From the NCBI GenBank assembly GCA_045634485.1, contig JAZRAJ010000091.1, positions 166 to 64,165 on the forward strand: a DNA stretch of 64,000 nt. The letters run 5' to 3'. Origin of the DNA: Eubacteriales bacterium (GTDB lineage: Bacteria > Bacillota > Clostridia > Oscillospirales > CAG-272). The notes beneath the pieces are model-generated. The model was not told the DNA's origin. It saw only the letters and a list, made by a program, of their open reading frames with translations, and did not search any database. Shown here one piece after another: positions 48,579 through 59,213 of this stretch. A program made the position numbers and the translations under genes. The first letter of the stretch is position 1. Every line of letters starts with the position of its first letter.

Positions 48579-49832
48579 ATGCTTGTAAAAAAGAGTAAGG
48601 CTTTTTTGCCAAAGGTGGCGATGTTTATTTTTATTGCTATAGTCTTTGTTTATACGGCGTATCATTTGGTAAATCTCTTTCTTTCGGAGGATATAGAAAC
48701 CATAATTTCGGGTGTTACCACCGAGAGTGATTCGGTTAGCGGAACGGGATACATTTTCCGTGACGAGATACTCTTTACCTCGGGTACTGCGGGAGCGGTT
48801 GATTACTTTGTTGCCGACGGCGAAAAGATAGGCGTTGGTCAGCAGATAGCAAACGTTTACGGCGTAAGCCTTGCAAGTGACGGAGTTCTTGCAAAGCGAA
48901 TGCTTTTTCTTACCGATAAGCAGATTGCCCTGCTTGAAAAGAGTGTTATAAGCGGTGCAGAGGTTACCGACCTTGCATCCCTTCGCAAGGATGCGGGCGA
49001 CACCTATTATAAAATCTTAAACCTTATCTCCGAGCGTGACACGAGTGAGCTTGCCGTTCAAACCGAAAATATGATGGTAACGATGAACAAGATGAATGTT
49101 CTTACCGACGGCTCATCCTCGGTTACAAGGTCGCTTGAAGCATTAAGGTCGCAAAGAGAGTCCTATTTGGTTGGCGAGCATATGCCACAGACCTCAAATA
49201 TGAGCGGATATTTTTATTACACTCCCGACGGCTTTGAGGCAAGATTTAAGCCTGCGGCGCTTGAGGATATGACGGCTAACGAGTTTTACTCGTTGGTGCA
49301 TTATTACGAGAACACCGAGCCTAAGATAGACAGTGCGGTTTACGGCAAGCTTGCCGAAACAACCGTATGGTATTTTGCAATGCCGCTTTCACAAAAGCGT
49401 GCGGCATCCTTGGTTGACGGCGAGGATTACCGACTTACCTTTAAGGAAAACAACAACACCACGCTCACGATGACGCTTGAAAAGAGAATAGAGGCGAATT
49501 CGCGCGAGGAGTCGATAATGATATTTAAGTGCAATCGCTTGCCCGATAATTTTTCGCTTGACCGTTGCCAAAACGCAGAGATAGAGATATCCGCAATAGA
49601 CGGAATTTACGTTCCCCTTACGGCTATGAAAAAGGTTAACGGCGTGCGCGGAGTTTACGTTCTTCGCGGAAGCGTGGTGCATTTCAGAAAGGTAGATATC
49701 ATCTATAACGGCGCAGACTATTGCCTTGTTGCCGAGAGTGGCGAGGCAGAGGGCGATTACGAATATCTTGGCACGAACGAGCTTATTATAACTAACGGTA
49801 AAAATCTTTTTGACGGGAGGATATTGGGATGA
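48579..49832 (+). CDS. hypothetical membrane-anchored protein (417 aa)
   Basis: GGGAGGAG RBS before ATG 48579. N-terminal TM helix VAMFIFIAIVFVYTAYHLV. The rest is predicted extracytoplasmic. No secure family (a HlyD-like fold is possible). Confidence 0.6.
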   Translation: MLVKKSKAFLPKVAMFIFIAIVFVYTAYHLVNLFLSEDIETIISGVTTESDSVSGTGYIFRDEILFTSGTAGAVDYFVADGEKIGVGQQIANVYGVSLASDGVLAKRMLFLTDKQIALLEKSVISGAEVTDLASLRKDAGDTYYKILNLISERDTSELAVQTENMMVTMNKMNVLTDGSSSVTRSLEALRSQRESYLVGEHMPQTSNMSGYFYYTPDGFEARFKPAALEDMTANEFYSLVHYYENTEPKIDSAVYGKLAETTVWYFAMPLSQKRAASLVDGEDYRLTFKENNNTTLTMTLEKRIEANSREESIMIFKCNRLPDNFSLDRCQNAEIEISAIDGIYVPLTAMKKVNGVRGVYVLRGSVVHFRKVDIIYNGADYCLVAESGEAEGDYEYLGTNELIITNGKNLFDGRILG

Positions 49833-50524
49833 GCCTTGAGTATATAGATAAAAACGTTGCCGAGGTAAGAGAAAAAATAGAGTCTGCAAAGGTGGCGGCA
49901 AAAAGAGAGGGCGACGACGTTATGCTCCTTGCCGCGGTTAAATACGCAGAGCCCTATGAGATTGAGTATTTATACCGCCACGCAGGAATTACGCACGTTG
50001 GCGAAAACCGAGTTCAGCAGCTTCTTGCGCATAGGGAGGCTATTGATTGCGAGGGCTTGGATTTTCACTTTATCGGTACGCTTCAAACCAATAAGGTAAA
50101 ATATATTATCGATAAGGTGAGCATGATTCACTCGCTTGATTCGATAAAGCTTGCCCGTGAGATAGATAAGCAGGCTAAAAAGCACGGCATAATTATGGAC
50201 GTTTTGGTTGAGATAAACAGTGGAGCCGAGGAGAGCAAAAGCGGGGTTTTGCCCGAGGAGCTTGAGGCGTTTTGTAAGGAGCTTGAGGCGTTTTCAAGCA
50301 TAAATCACAAGGGATTTATGACTATGGCGCCAAAATGCGAAAAAAAAGAGGATTATTTAAAATATTTTCAACAAACTTATCGCCAAGTCCTTGACATTTG
50401 GGCAAAAAAAAGGCATAATATAGATAAGCCTATAATTTCTATGGGAATGAGCGATAGCTTTGAAGAGGCTATACTTTGCGGCTCTGATATAGTAAGAGTT
50501 GGCAGAAGACTTTTTGTTAAGTAA
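49829..50524 (+). CDS. YggS/YlmE-family PLP-binding protein
   Basis: LLAAVKY (PLP Lys), HFIGTLQTNK, MGMSDSFEEA. Position upstream of sepF. Confidence 0.9.
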   Translation: MSLEYIDKNVAEVREKIESAKVAAKREGDDVMLLAAVKYAEPYEIEYLYRHAGITHVGENRVQQLLAHREAIDCEGLDFHFIGTLQTNKVKYIIDKVSMIHSLDSIKLAREIDKQAKKHGIIMDVLVEINSGAEESKSGVLPEELEAFCKELEAFSSINHKGFMTMAPKCEKKEDYLKYFQQTYRQVLDIWAKKRHNIDKPIISMGMSDSFEEAILCGSDIVRVGRRLFVK

Positions 50525-50560
50525 AATAAATAATTATTAAATATACGGAGGATAAAAAAG

Positions 50561-50974
50561 ATGGGAATTTTCGGAACAAAAAATGACAGATTCGGTTTTA
50601 GCAAGAACGGAAACGGATTTGACGATTACGTTGATGACAACGGCTTTGAGGATGAGGTTGAGGATGATGTTGCTTCTGTAGAGGCTCCTGCGGCTCCCGC
50701 ATTTACACCCGCACCCCTTTCGCTTAAGATAGTTGCTCCCAAGGCATACGAGGATGCAAAGGAGATTACTGATTTCCTTATGAACGGTAACACCATTCTT
50801 CTTAATATGGACGGCGTTGACCGTGAGCTTACTATCCGCATCATCGACTACTTAAAGGGTGCAGTTCAGGTTGTCGGCGGTATGATAACCAAGGCTGGTA
50901 AGTCCACTATCGTTGTTGCTCCTAAGAACGTTGACATCAGCAGCATCGAGGCTATGGTTGGCTCTAACGACTAA
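50561..50974 (+). CDS. sepF: cell division protein SepF
   Basis: Conserved C-terminal domain (AKEITDFLMNGNTILLNMDGVDRELTIRIIDYLKGAV). ylmE-sepF-yggT synteny. Confidence 0.9.
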   Translation: MGIFGTKNDRFGFSKNGNGFDDYVDDNGFEDEVEDDVASVEAPAAPAFTPAPLSLKIVAPKAYEDAKEITDFLMNGNTILLNMDGVDRELTIRIIDYLKGAVQVVGGMITKAGKSTIVVAPKNVDISSIEAMVGSND

Positions 50975-51085
50975 TTTCGATAACATTTGATAATATTTAT
51001 TTAGGCACGTTCTAAGAGCTTGAACGTGCCTAAATATAAGCAAGAGATTTATTAAAGCATTATTTTTTTAAAAGGAGGGGTTGGC

Positions 51086-51358
51086 TTGCAGTTCTATATA
51101 GTGCTTGAGGTTATAAGGGGAACGGTTTGCGTTTTGCTTTCGGCAATACAGCTTGCAATGACGGCGCGCGCTATCCTCTCGTGGTTTCCAATTGAGCCAA
51201 ACAAGCTAACGCAGTTTTTGGATATAGTAACCGAGCCTGTGGTTTATCCTATAAGAAAGCTTTTTGAAAAGATGAATTGGTTTCAGGATATACCGCTTGA
51301 TATGTCGTTTATGACGGCGTATATTGTGCTTTCTATCGTTTTGCTGTTTTTGGCTTGA
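51086..51358 (+). CDS. YggT-family membrane protein (TTG start)
   Basis: ARAILSWFP motif, two TM helices, synteny. Confidence 0.85.
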   Translation: MQFYIVLEVIRGTVCVLLSAIQLAMTARAILSWFPIEPNKLTQFLDIVTEPVVYPIRKLFEKMNWFQDIPLDMSFMTAYIVLSIVLLFLA

Positions 51359-51375
51359 TTTTTATTTAGAGAGCT

Positions 51376-52164
51376 ATGGATATAAAAAGCTTTGATAGCC
51401 TTTTTGCAAGGCTTGATGATCTTAAGGAGTGCGCTGTCCGAGGAAATTTGGGGGTCAGCGCATTTTTTTCTCCAAGAGAGGAATTGGCGGCGTGCGAATA
51501 TTTAAGGCGCACTAAGACCTCGTTTATCTCGTTTGGCGGATATAGTGACGCCGAGCGGAGAAAAATATATATTTTGCCCGATTATATAGAGCTTGACGAG
51601 GGTAATGACGGTATAGAGATTATTTCGGATTACGGATTTTCCACCGAAATAGAGTCCTTGCGCATAAAGGGCAGTGGCTTTGAGTCGCTTTCGCACCGAG
51701 CGGTTATGGGCTCTATACTTGGACTTGGCGTTGAGCGTGACGCTATTGGCGATATAATTATGCTTGATGCTCACAGTGCAGTATTTTTTTGCGAGTCGAG
51801 GCTTGCCGAGTTTTTTTGCGAAAATCTTTTGCGCATTGGGCGTGATAAGGTGAAAATTGCTCGCATTGACCTTGACGAGAGCATATTACCCGAGCGCAAA
51901 ACTCAAAAAATAAGCGACACCGTGGCTTCCGCACGTCTTGATTGCGTTGTTGCGGCGCTTTGCTCCTGCTCGCGTGAGAGGGCTAAGGAGGCAATTCTTT
52001 CCTCCATAGTCGAGCTTAACTATGAATGTGAGGAGAGAGTGGATAGGGAGGTAAGCGTTCCATCGGTTATATCGGTAAGGGGCGTGGGAAAATTTAGAGT
52101 TACCTCGCTTTCGGACAAAACTAAAAAGGGAAGATACCGTCTTGCGGCGGAGAAATTTATATAA
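51376..52164 (+). CDS. YlmH-like RNA-binding S4-domain protein
   Basis: C-terminal S4 motif ARLDCVVAALCSCSRERAKEAILSSIVELN. Synteny. Confidence 0.8.
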   Translation: MDIKSFDSLFARLDDLKECAVRGNLGVSAFFSPREELAACEYLRRTKTSFISFGGYSDAERRKIYILPDYIELDEGNDGIEIISDYGFSTEIESLRIKGSGFESLSHRAVMGSILGLGVERDAIGDIIMLDAHSAVFFCESRLAEFFCENLLRIGRDKVKIARIDLDESILPERKTQKISDTVASARLDCVVAALCSCSRERAKEAILSSIVELNYECEERVDREVSVPSVISVRGVGKFRVTSLSDKTKKGRYRLAAEKFI

Positions 52165-52201
52165 TTTATAATTACTGTAAAAATAATAAGGAGCGTTTTA
52201 T

Positions 52202-52900
52202 ATGCTTATTTGGTTACTTATAATTGCGGGATGCGTAATACTTGACCAAGCCTCTAAGGCGTGGGTTATGTACGGACTCGGGCTTGACGAGGTTGGAGAG
52301 AGCCTACCGCTTATAGAAAACGTTTTTCATTTTACCCACGTGCGCAACACGGGTGCGGCGTTCGGCATGCTTGGCGGAGATAACGAGAGATGGATTTTTA
52401 TAATAATTTCAACCGTCGGTATTATTGCTCTTTTGGTGTATCTTTGGAAATTCCGTCCGCAGTCTAAGTGGGCTTGCACGGCACTCTCAATGGTTATTGG
52501 CGGCGGAATCGGAAATATGATAGACCGTTGCTTTAGAGTTGGAATAGTTCGTGGCGAGGAGCGCCATTACGTTTTTGATTTCCTTGATTTTTGTGCATTT
52601 CCAAAGCTTTGGAAGTGGACCTTTAACGTAGCCGACGCCTTTGTTTGTGTTGGTGCAGGAATACTTATGGTGTGGTGCGTTGGCTCCTTTATCATCGAAG
52701 CCCGCAAGGAGGCAGAGCTTAAAAGGCGTATGTCAACCATTCTCACACATGAAAGAGTGTATAATCCTAAGAGCGCTTCGGAAAATGCCGAGGATAGTGC
52801 TAATGACTATGAAAGCACCGAGGAAAACGAAGATATAGAAAACATCGAAAATATCGAAAATATCGAAAATATTGAAAAAGACGAAAATAACGAAAATTAA
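52202..52900 (+). CDS. lspA: lipoprotein signal peptidase II with an acidic repeat tail
   Basis: FHFTHVRNTGAAFG, GNMIDR, FNVAD motifs. The last ~70 aa are a non-canonical extension ending in (ENI)-type 9-bp repeats. Confidence 0.9.
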   Translation: MLIWLLIIAGCVILDQASKAWVMYGLGLDEVGESLPLIENVFHFTHVRNTGAAFGMLGGDNERWIFIIISTVGIIALLVYLWKFRPQSKWACTALSMVIGGGIGNMIDRCFRVGIVRGEERHYVFDFLDFCAFPKLWKWTFNVADAFVCVGAGILMVWCVGSFIIEARKEAELKRRMSTILTHERVYNPKSASENAEDSANDYESTEENEDIENIENIENIENIEKDENNEN

Positions 52901-52919
52901 TTTTTAACGGAGATTGCTT

Positions 52920-53930
52920 ATGAACGATGCGTTTATACTTGAAAATGAATATCAGCTTGACGCATCGGAGGCGCCCGAGGCGTTATTGCTAAGGGCAGAG
53001 AGTGGCGACGCCGGAAAGCGTATAGACGCCTTTATCGCCGAAAAAACAGACCTTACCCGCTCTGCGGCGTCAAGACTTATCGAGGGTGGCGACGTTGCGT
53101 TAGAGGGCGCAGAGGATAAGAGGCTTGCTAAAAATTATAAGCTTCGAGAGGGTGATGCTATCGTCGTTACTCTACCCACTCCCGAGCCGTGTGAGGCACA
53201 GCCCGAGGATATCCCGATAGATATTATTTACGAGGATAGCGATATAATAGTTATCAATAAGCCCGAGGGGATGGTGGTTCATCCTGCGGCGGGAAATAGT
53301 AGCGGTACGCTTGTAAACGCTCTGCTTTATCATTGTAAGGATGGGCTTTCGGGTATAGGTGGCGTTATTCGTCCGGGAATCGTTCATAGAATAGATAAGG
53401 ACACCGGAGGACTTTTGGTGGTTGCCAAAAACGATGCGGCTCACTTGTTTTTAAGCGAGGAGATAAAGTATCACAAAGTAGAGCGACTCTACCACGCGAT
53501 AGCCAAGGGTAATTTTAAGGAGGATAGCGGAACGGTTAACGCACCGATCGGCAGACATCCTACCGACCGTAAGAAAATGGCGGTCATTCGAGGCGATGAA
53601 TACAAGAGCCGTGAGGCTATAACTCATTGGTGTGCCTTAGAGCGCTTTGGTGGTTTTACGCATATTGAGTGCGAGCTTGAAACAGGCAGAACTCATCAAA
53701 TAAGGGTTCATATGGCAAGCATTGGACATCCGCTTGTTGGCGATACGGTTTACGGCGGAGGGCAGACACCGTTTGAGAATAGGCATAAGGCTTATATATC
53801 GGGTCAGTGCCTATTTGCCTCAAGGCTTACGCTCACACATCCAAGAACTCGCCGGTGTATGACCTTTACCGCGCCCTTACCCGAGAATTTTGAAAAGCTT
53901 TTGACAATTTTAAGAGCCTCGGTAGAATAA
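52920..53930 (+). CDS. rluD: 23S rRNA pseudouridine synthase, RluD subfamily
   Basis: GGAG RBS, then ATG 52920. S4 domain. HRIDKDTGGLLVVAKN. GRTHQIRVHM. Confidence 0.9.
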   Translation: MNDAFILENEYQLDASEAPEALLLRAESGDAGKRIDAFIAEKTDLTRSAASRLIEGGDVALEGAEDKRLAKNYKLREGDAIVVTLPTPEPCEAQPEDIPIDIIYEDSDIIVINKPEGMVVHPAAGNSSGTLVNALLYHCKDGLSGIGGVIRPGIVHRIDKDTGGLLVVAKNDAAHLFLSEEIKYHKVERLYHAIAKGNFKEDSGTVNAPIGRHPTDRKKMAVIRGDEYKSREAITHWCALERFGGFTHIECELETGRTHQIRVHMASIGHPLVGDTVYGGGQTPFENRHKAYISGQCLFASRLTLTHPRTRRCMTFTAPLPENFEKLLTILRASVE

Positions 53931-53947
53931 AAATAAGGATTTATAAA

Positions 53948-54790
53948 ATGTCAAATAAAAGTAAAAAGTTTGGAAGCATAGTGATTGCGAGCGATCTTGA
54001 CGGAACTTTTTTCGGTTCAAGAACTAATTTGGTGGAGCGCAATCTTGAAAAAATTAAATATTTTTGTGATAATGGCGGCAGATTTACCTTTGCTACGGGC
54101 AGACTTCCGCTGTTTATAAAAAGACCTATTCCAAATCCCGAGGATATCGTTAATTTTCCCGCAGTAATGGGAAACGGCACTTGTCTTTTTGATTATCAAA
54201 GGCAGATAGCGCTTGAGGAGCATTATTTGGATACCGCCTTACTTGCAGAGGTAGAGAACTATTTAATTAGGGAAACCGGATTTGAAGCCGCTATACGCGC
54301 AACCTATGCAGACGGAGTGGTAATGTCTACTCTTGAAAATTCGGCGCTTAAGCGGGAATTTGAAACCTTTCCCGAGTACGTAGAGCGTGTTGTTTGCTCT
54401 GCTCGTGATTGGGGTGGATATAAGCTTTATAAGGCAAATATAAGGGGGAGTGTTGACGTCATTCCCGAGCTTTATCCGCGTGTTAAAAAGGAGTTTGGAG
54501 ATATATTTAACGTAACCACGTCGGCAAAAACTATGATAGAGCTTATGCCGCTTGGAATAAGTAAAGCATCTATGCTTGTTGACGTTAAGGAAAAAATGCT
54601 TGATAAGGGCACGATACTTTGCACCGTAGGAGATTATGATAACGATTTGGAGATGCATTCAATTTCCGATCTTGCGGTTTGTCCTTCAAATGCTAATGAT
54701 GCCGTTAAATCTGTTTGCAAGCTTCAGCTTTGCAGTAACGACGAGGGAGTTATTGCCGACCTCGTGGAGTATTTTGATAAAAACGCTTAA
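53948..54790 (+). CDS. Cof-type HAD-IIB hydrolase
   Basis: IASDLDGTFF (DxDGT), GDYDNDLEM. Confidence 0.85.
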   Translation: MSNKSKKFGSIVIASDLDGTFFGSRTNLVERNLEKIKYFCDNGGRFTFATGRLPLFIKRPIPNPEDIVNFPAVMGNGTCLFDYQRQIALEEHYLDTALLAEVENYLIRETGFEAAIRATYADGVVMSTLENSALKREFETFPEYVERVVCSARDWGGYKLYKANIRGSVDVIPELYPRVKKEFGDIFNVTTSAKTMIELMPLGISKASMLVDVKEKMLDKGTILCTVGDYDNDLEMHSISDLAVCPSNANDAVKSVCKLQLCSNDEGVIADLVEYFDKNA

Positions 54791-55109
54791 TAATTTTAAA
54801 ACGGAGAAGAGGAAAGTAGAAGCCACTTCTCCGTGATTTTGTTTTTAGGAACCTTTTACAATATTATTTTGATGGAATTTTATGTAAACGGGAGGCTAAT
54901 AGCCGACCCTACACCGCACACATCAATATGCCTCGGTTGGCTAACATTGTTCACCCGCTTGCATATTTTTAAAGCATATTAAAGTATTCCTGCTTAATTT
55001 CCATTATTTTGTAAAAATTATGTTGACAACTTGAACAAATAGTGATAAAATGAACTTAGAGGAGTAATAATCCTCGGTTACATTTTAAGCTACGAAAAGG
55101 AGAAGTACT

Positions 55110-56651
55110 ATGTTTAAGAAAATTATTTGCCTGTTTTCAGTATTATGCTTGCTCTTTTCACTTGCCGCTTGCTCCGAGCCCGACGAAACGGATGCTCCCG
55201 ACAAGACAGAGGGAAAGTATACGGTAATTTACAGCGTTGATTACGGAAGAACTCACGCAAGAGTTGTCAGCGTTGACGGCTTTACGGGAGGCTCTCTTGT
55301 GATTGACTCGGAGTATATGGGCGTACCCGTTACCACGATTTCCGCAGACGTTTTCACGGGAATGAAGAGCATTACCTCGGTAACGCTTCCCGATACGATC
55401 ACCACTATCGGTCAGAACGCATTTAGCGGTTGTACCGGATTAAAGGAAATTAACATACCCGTAGGCGTTCAGTATATGGGACAGAATGCATTTAAGGGTT
55501 GCACTGAGCTTGCGGTAAACCTTGCAACCAATGCAATTCCCGACGTTTGGCCCGAAAATTGGAACGACGGATGTAAAGAGGTTATTTTTGGCACTATGAG
55601 CGTTCCGGACTTTAGTACCGACAACAATAACGCTAATAACGAGAATAATGCTAATAACAATAACAACGATAATAACAACAATAATAACACGCAGACCGCT
55701 CAGTATAGCGAGGGCTTGATATTTGAAAGCTACTCAAGCGGCTCGGGCAGAGGATATGCGGTTAAGGGTGTTGGCACCTGTAAGGATGAGCATATAAAGA
55801 TTCCGCCCACCTATAAGGCGTTTAACGATAGAGAAGAGGTTCCTGTTGTTGCAATCAGCGATAACGCATTTAAGAATGCAACCTTTATTAAATCGGTTAC
55901 TATTCCTGATAGTGTATATAAGATAGGAAAGGCTATTTTTGCAGGATGCTCTAATATTGAAAGCATCACAACTCCCCTTATAGGTGCAGATTACAGTAGC
56001 TCAGAGGTTCTTGGATACCTCTTTGGCTCAAATGAGTTTGACGGCGCAGAGCTTATCTCTCAACAGACTATGATGGGCTATAACGCTTCGCTTCAAAACA
56101 AGGAATACTACATTCCCACCTCGCTTCGCACGATAGTGCTTACTAAGTCGGATTATTGCTTTGGTATGTTCTCGGGATGCTACTTCCTAACCTCTGTAAC
56201 CTTGAAGAATGATGATGCAAAACACCCAAATCTTGGTAGCTATGCATTTAACGGATGTAAGGGACTTACCGAAATTAAGCTTTCGGCTAAGTATGAAAGC
56301 ATCGGAGATTATGCATTCTACGGATGTGAAAATCTTAAGAGCGTTACCTTTGAGAACGATTATAGCTATATAATGCTTGAGGAAATTGGCGATAGTGCAT
56401 TTGAAGGATGTAAGGCTCTTACAAGCTTCACTATTCCCAATAACGTAAAGAAGATTGGCGACTATGCATTCTCCGATTGTGAGTCCTTGACAAGCGTAAC
56501 CATTCCTTCGGGCGTAACCTACGTAGGAAATAAGGCGTTTGACGATGGATGCAAGGCTCTTACAAGCATTCGTGTTTTGGCAAGCAGCTCTAACCGTAAT
56601 GGCTGGGATGACCGTTGGAATACAAGCGGTGTTACCCCGAGCTATAATTGA
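55110..56651 (+). CDS. lipoprotein with BspA-type leucine-rich repeats and an Asn-rich linker
   Basis: Lipobox LFSLAAC. Repeats of the form IP..V..IG..AF.GC..L.S. Poly-N segment NNNANNENNANNNNNDNNNNNN. Confidence 0.85.
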   Translation: MFKKIICLFSVLCLLFSLAACSEPDETDAPDKTEGKYTVIYSVDYGRTHARVVSVDGFTGGSLVIDSEYMGVPVTTISADVFTGMKSITSVTLPDTITTIGQNAFSGCTGLKEINIPVGVQYMGQNAFKGCTELAVNLATNAIPDVWPENWNDGCKEVIFGTMSVPDFSTDNNNANNENNANNNNNDNNNNNNTQTAQYSEGLIFESYSSGSGRGYAVKGVGTCKDEHIKIPPTYKAFNDREEVPVVAISDNAFKNATFIKSVTIPDSVYKIGKAIFAGCSNIESITTPLIGADYSSSEVLGYLFGSNEFDGAELISQQTMMGYNASLQNKEYYIPTSLRTIVLTKSDYCFGMFSGCYFLTSVTLKNDDAKHPNLGSYAFNGCKGLTEIKLSAKYESIGDYAFYGCENLKSVTFENDYSYIMLEEIGDSAFEGCKALTSFTIPNNVKKIGDYAFSDCESLTSVTIPSGVTYVGNKAFDDGCKALTSIRVLASSSNRNGWDDRWNTSGVTPSYN

Positions 56652-56996
56652 GTAAGAGTTGATTGAAAAAATTAATTAAATAGTTAATTAAAAGCGAAGC
56701 TCTCCAAACGGAGGGCTTCGTTCGCTTGTATCAAATTTAATTAAAACTATATTTGAATGAGCAATCTTCGCACAAAACCTGTGAGTTTTTGTAGGAAATA
56801 ACCAAAAAATGGCTAATAAATTTTAAGTTGCGGATATAATTTTATTGTCAAAATGTATTGCAAAATGCACAGAAATATTGTATAATTATTAAAAGGTTTG
56901 TTAAAAAGAACCAATAAAAGGCTTAAGTTACTAAAAAACATAGCCTATAAAAAATACAATGTTACCTTCGCAGAGGCGGAGGGGAGGAGGTAGCCA

Positions 56997-59054
56997 ATGG
57001 CTAATTTTGACACAAAAAGAATAAGAAACATCGTATTGCTTGGACATGGAGGTTGCGGAAAGACCTCGCTTGCAGAGGCGATGGCATATATAACGGGCTG
57101 CACTGACAGACTCGGAAAAATAGAGGACGGAAACACCGTTTCGGATTTTGACGCGGAGGAAACAAAGAGAGGCTTCTCGCTCTCAACCTCTATTCTTAAT
57201 ATGACATGGAAGGATAGCAAGATAAATGTTCTTGATGCCCCCGGATATCTTGACTTCGTTGGCGAGGTAAACCAGGCGGTGCGAGTTGCGGATAGCGCTA
57301 TTATCGTTGTAGACGGTAAGGCGGGTATCGAGGTTGGAACAGAGCTTGCTTGGGGCTATGCTACCGAGGCAGGACTTCCCAAGGCTCTCTTTATAAATAA
57401 GTTTGACGATAACGACGCAAGATTTGCTCGTGTTCTCGATGATCTCCACACAACCTTTGGAAAGCATATTTGTCCTCTTACCATTCCTATGGTTAAGGAT
57501 GGCGAGGTTAAGGGATGTATTGACCTTGTAGAGCAGATTGCCCACGTATTCGACGATAACGGACGCCATAGCGTAGAGCTCATTCCCGACGAGTCTAAGG
57601 AAGCCGTAGAGAAGTTCCGCGATATGCTTATGGAGGCAGTTGCAAGCACAAATGAAGACCTTATGGAGAAATACTTTGGCGGCGAGGAGATAACCTATAT
57701 GGAGGTTATTAATGCCGTTCACGAGGGTATTATTAATGGTGAGATAGTTCCCGTATTCTGCGGAGCCGCAACAAAGCTTTGGGGCGTATGGACTATGCTT
57801 GATAAGATTACAGAGTCCTTCCCACGTCACACTGCAAAGAAAAACGAGCTTCTTGCAGATGGCGATGAAATGGAAATTGCTCCCGAGGGCGAGCCTGCTA
57901 TATTCGTATTTAAGACTGTTGCCGATCCGTTTGTTGGTAAGATGTCTTACTTTAAGGTAATGAACGGTACAATTAAACGTGACCTTCTTATGACTAATAA
58001 TACCACGGGCGACACCGAAAAGCTTGCTCATATTTACATAGTAAACGGTAAAAAGCAGGTAGAGGTTGACGAGCTTGCATGCGGAGATATCGGTATGGTT
58101 GCAAAGCTTACCGCAACCAATACAAACGATACTCTTACATGGAACAAGGCGTTCTCTTACGCTCCCATTGAGTATCCTAACCCCTATTACACTAAGGCAA
58201 TGACTCCAGCAAGCGCAAAGGACGAGGGTAAGATTTCGCAGGCTATTGCAAAGATGCTTGAGGAGGACCTTACCGTTAAGTATGAAAATAACCCCGAAAC
58301 AAAGCAGATGCTCGTGTCTGCTCTTGGCGATATGCACCTTGCGGTTCTTTCGGCAAAGCTTAAAAATAAATTCGGCGCAAGCGTTGTGTTTGACACTCCC
58401 AAGGTTGCATACCGTGAGAAGATAACGAAGCGTGTTGACGTTGAGGGTAAGCATAAGAAGCAGAATGGAGGCTCGGGTCAGTACGGTCACGTTAAGATAA
58501 GATTTGCTCCTTCCGATAGCGACGGACTTGAGTTTAGCGTATCGGTAGTTGGCGGAACCGTTCCAAAGAACTTCTATCCCGCAGTTGAAAAGGGCTTACA
58601 GGATGCTATGGTTAAGGGCGTTGCGGGCTTCCCGATGGTTGGTCTTGCGGCAGATCTTTACGACGGCTCCTATCACGACGTTGACTCCGACGAGCTTTCC
58701 TTTAAGACGGCGGCAAATATTGCTTATAAGAAGTGTCTTGAAACGGCAGCTCCTGTTCTTCTTGAGCCTGTTGGAGATATTGATATAACCGTTCCCGACT
58801 CCTTGGTTGGTGACGTTATGGGTGACCTTAACAAGCGTCGCTCGGCGGTTATGGGTATGGATCCCGCCGCTAAGAAGGGCTATACCGTTGTTCACGCAAT
58901 TGCTCCTAAGGCAGAGCTTGTGGAATATCCCATAGTTCTCCGCGCTATGTCGCAGGGCAGAGGAAGCTTTGAGTACAACGTAACGGGCTACGATACCGTT
59001 CCCACCAATATTGCGCAGAAGATAGTTGACGCTTATAAAAAGGAAAATGCTTAA
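56997..59054 (+). CDS. elongation factor G paralogue
   Basis: NIVLLGHGGCGKTSLAEAM (G1), LDAPGYLDF (G3), INKFD (G4). Five-domain length of 685 aa. Confidence 0.88.
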   Translation: MANFDTKRIRNIVLLGHGGCGKTSLAEAMAYITGCTDRLGKIEDGNTVSDFDAEETKRGFSLSTSILNMTWKDSKINVLDAPGYLDFVGEVNQAVRVADSAIIVVDGKAGIEVGTELAWGYATEAGLPKALFINKFDDNDARFARVLDDLHTTFGKHICPLTIPMVKDGEVKGCIDLVEQIAHVFDDNGRHSVELIPDESKEAVEKFRDMLMEAVASTNEDLMEKYFGGEEITYMEVINAVHEGIINGEIVPVFCGAATKLWGVWTMLDKITESFPRHTAKKNELLADGDEMEIAPEGEPAIFVFKTVADPFVGKMSYFKVMNGTIKRDLLMTNNTTGDTEKLAHIYIVNGKKQVEVDELACGDIGMVAKLTATNTNDTLTWNKAFSYAPIEYPNPYYTKAMTPASAKDEGKISQAIAKMLEEDLTVKYENNPETKQMLVSALGDMHLAVLSAKLKNKFGASVVFDTPKVAYREKITKRVDVEGKHKKQNGGSGQYGHVKIRFAPSDSDGLEFSVSVVGGTVPKNFYPAVEKGLQDAMVKGVAGFPMVGLAADLYDGSYHDVDSDELSFKTAANIAYKKCLETAAPVLLEPVGDIDITVPDSLVGDVMGDLNKRRSAVMGMDPAAKKGYTVVHAIAPKAELVEYPIVLRAMSQGRGSFEYNVTGYDTVPTNIAQKIVDAYKKENA

Positions 59055-59213
59055 TTTTTAAGATAAAGCCAAAAAAGCAGAGGTATATTCTCTGTTTTTT
59101 TGGTATATACTTGTCTTTGCTCCAAAGAAGTGCTATAATTCAATGGTTAAATATTTTTATACAAATTATTAAATCTTTATAAATTAATTTTATAGCTGAA
59201 TATGGAGGAATTT

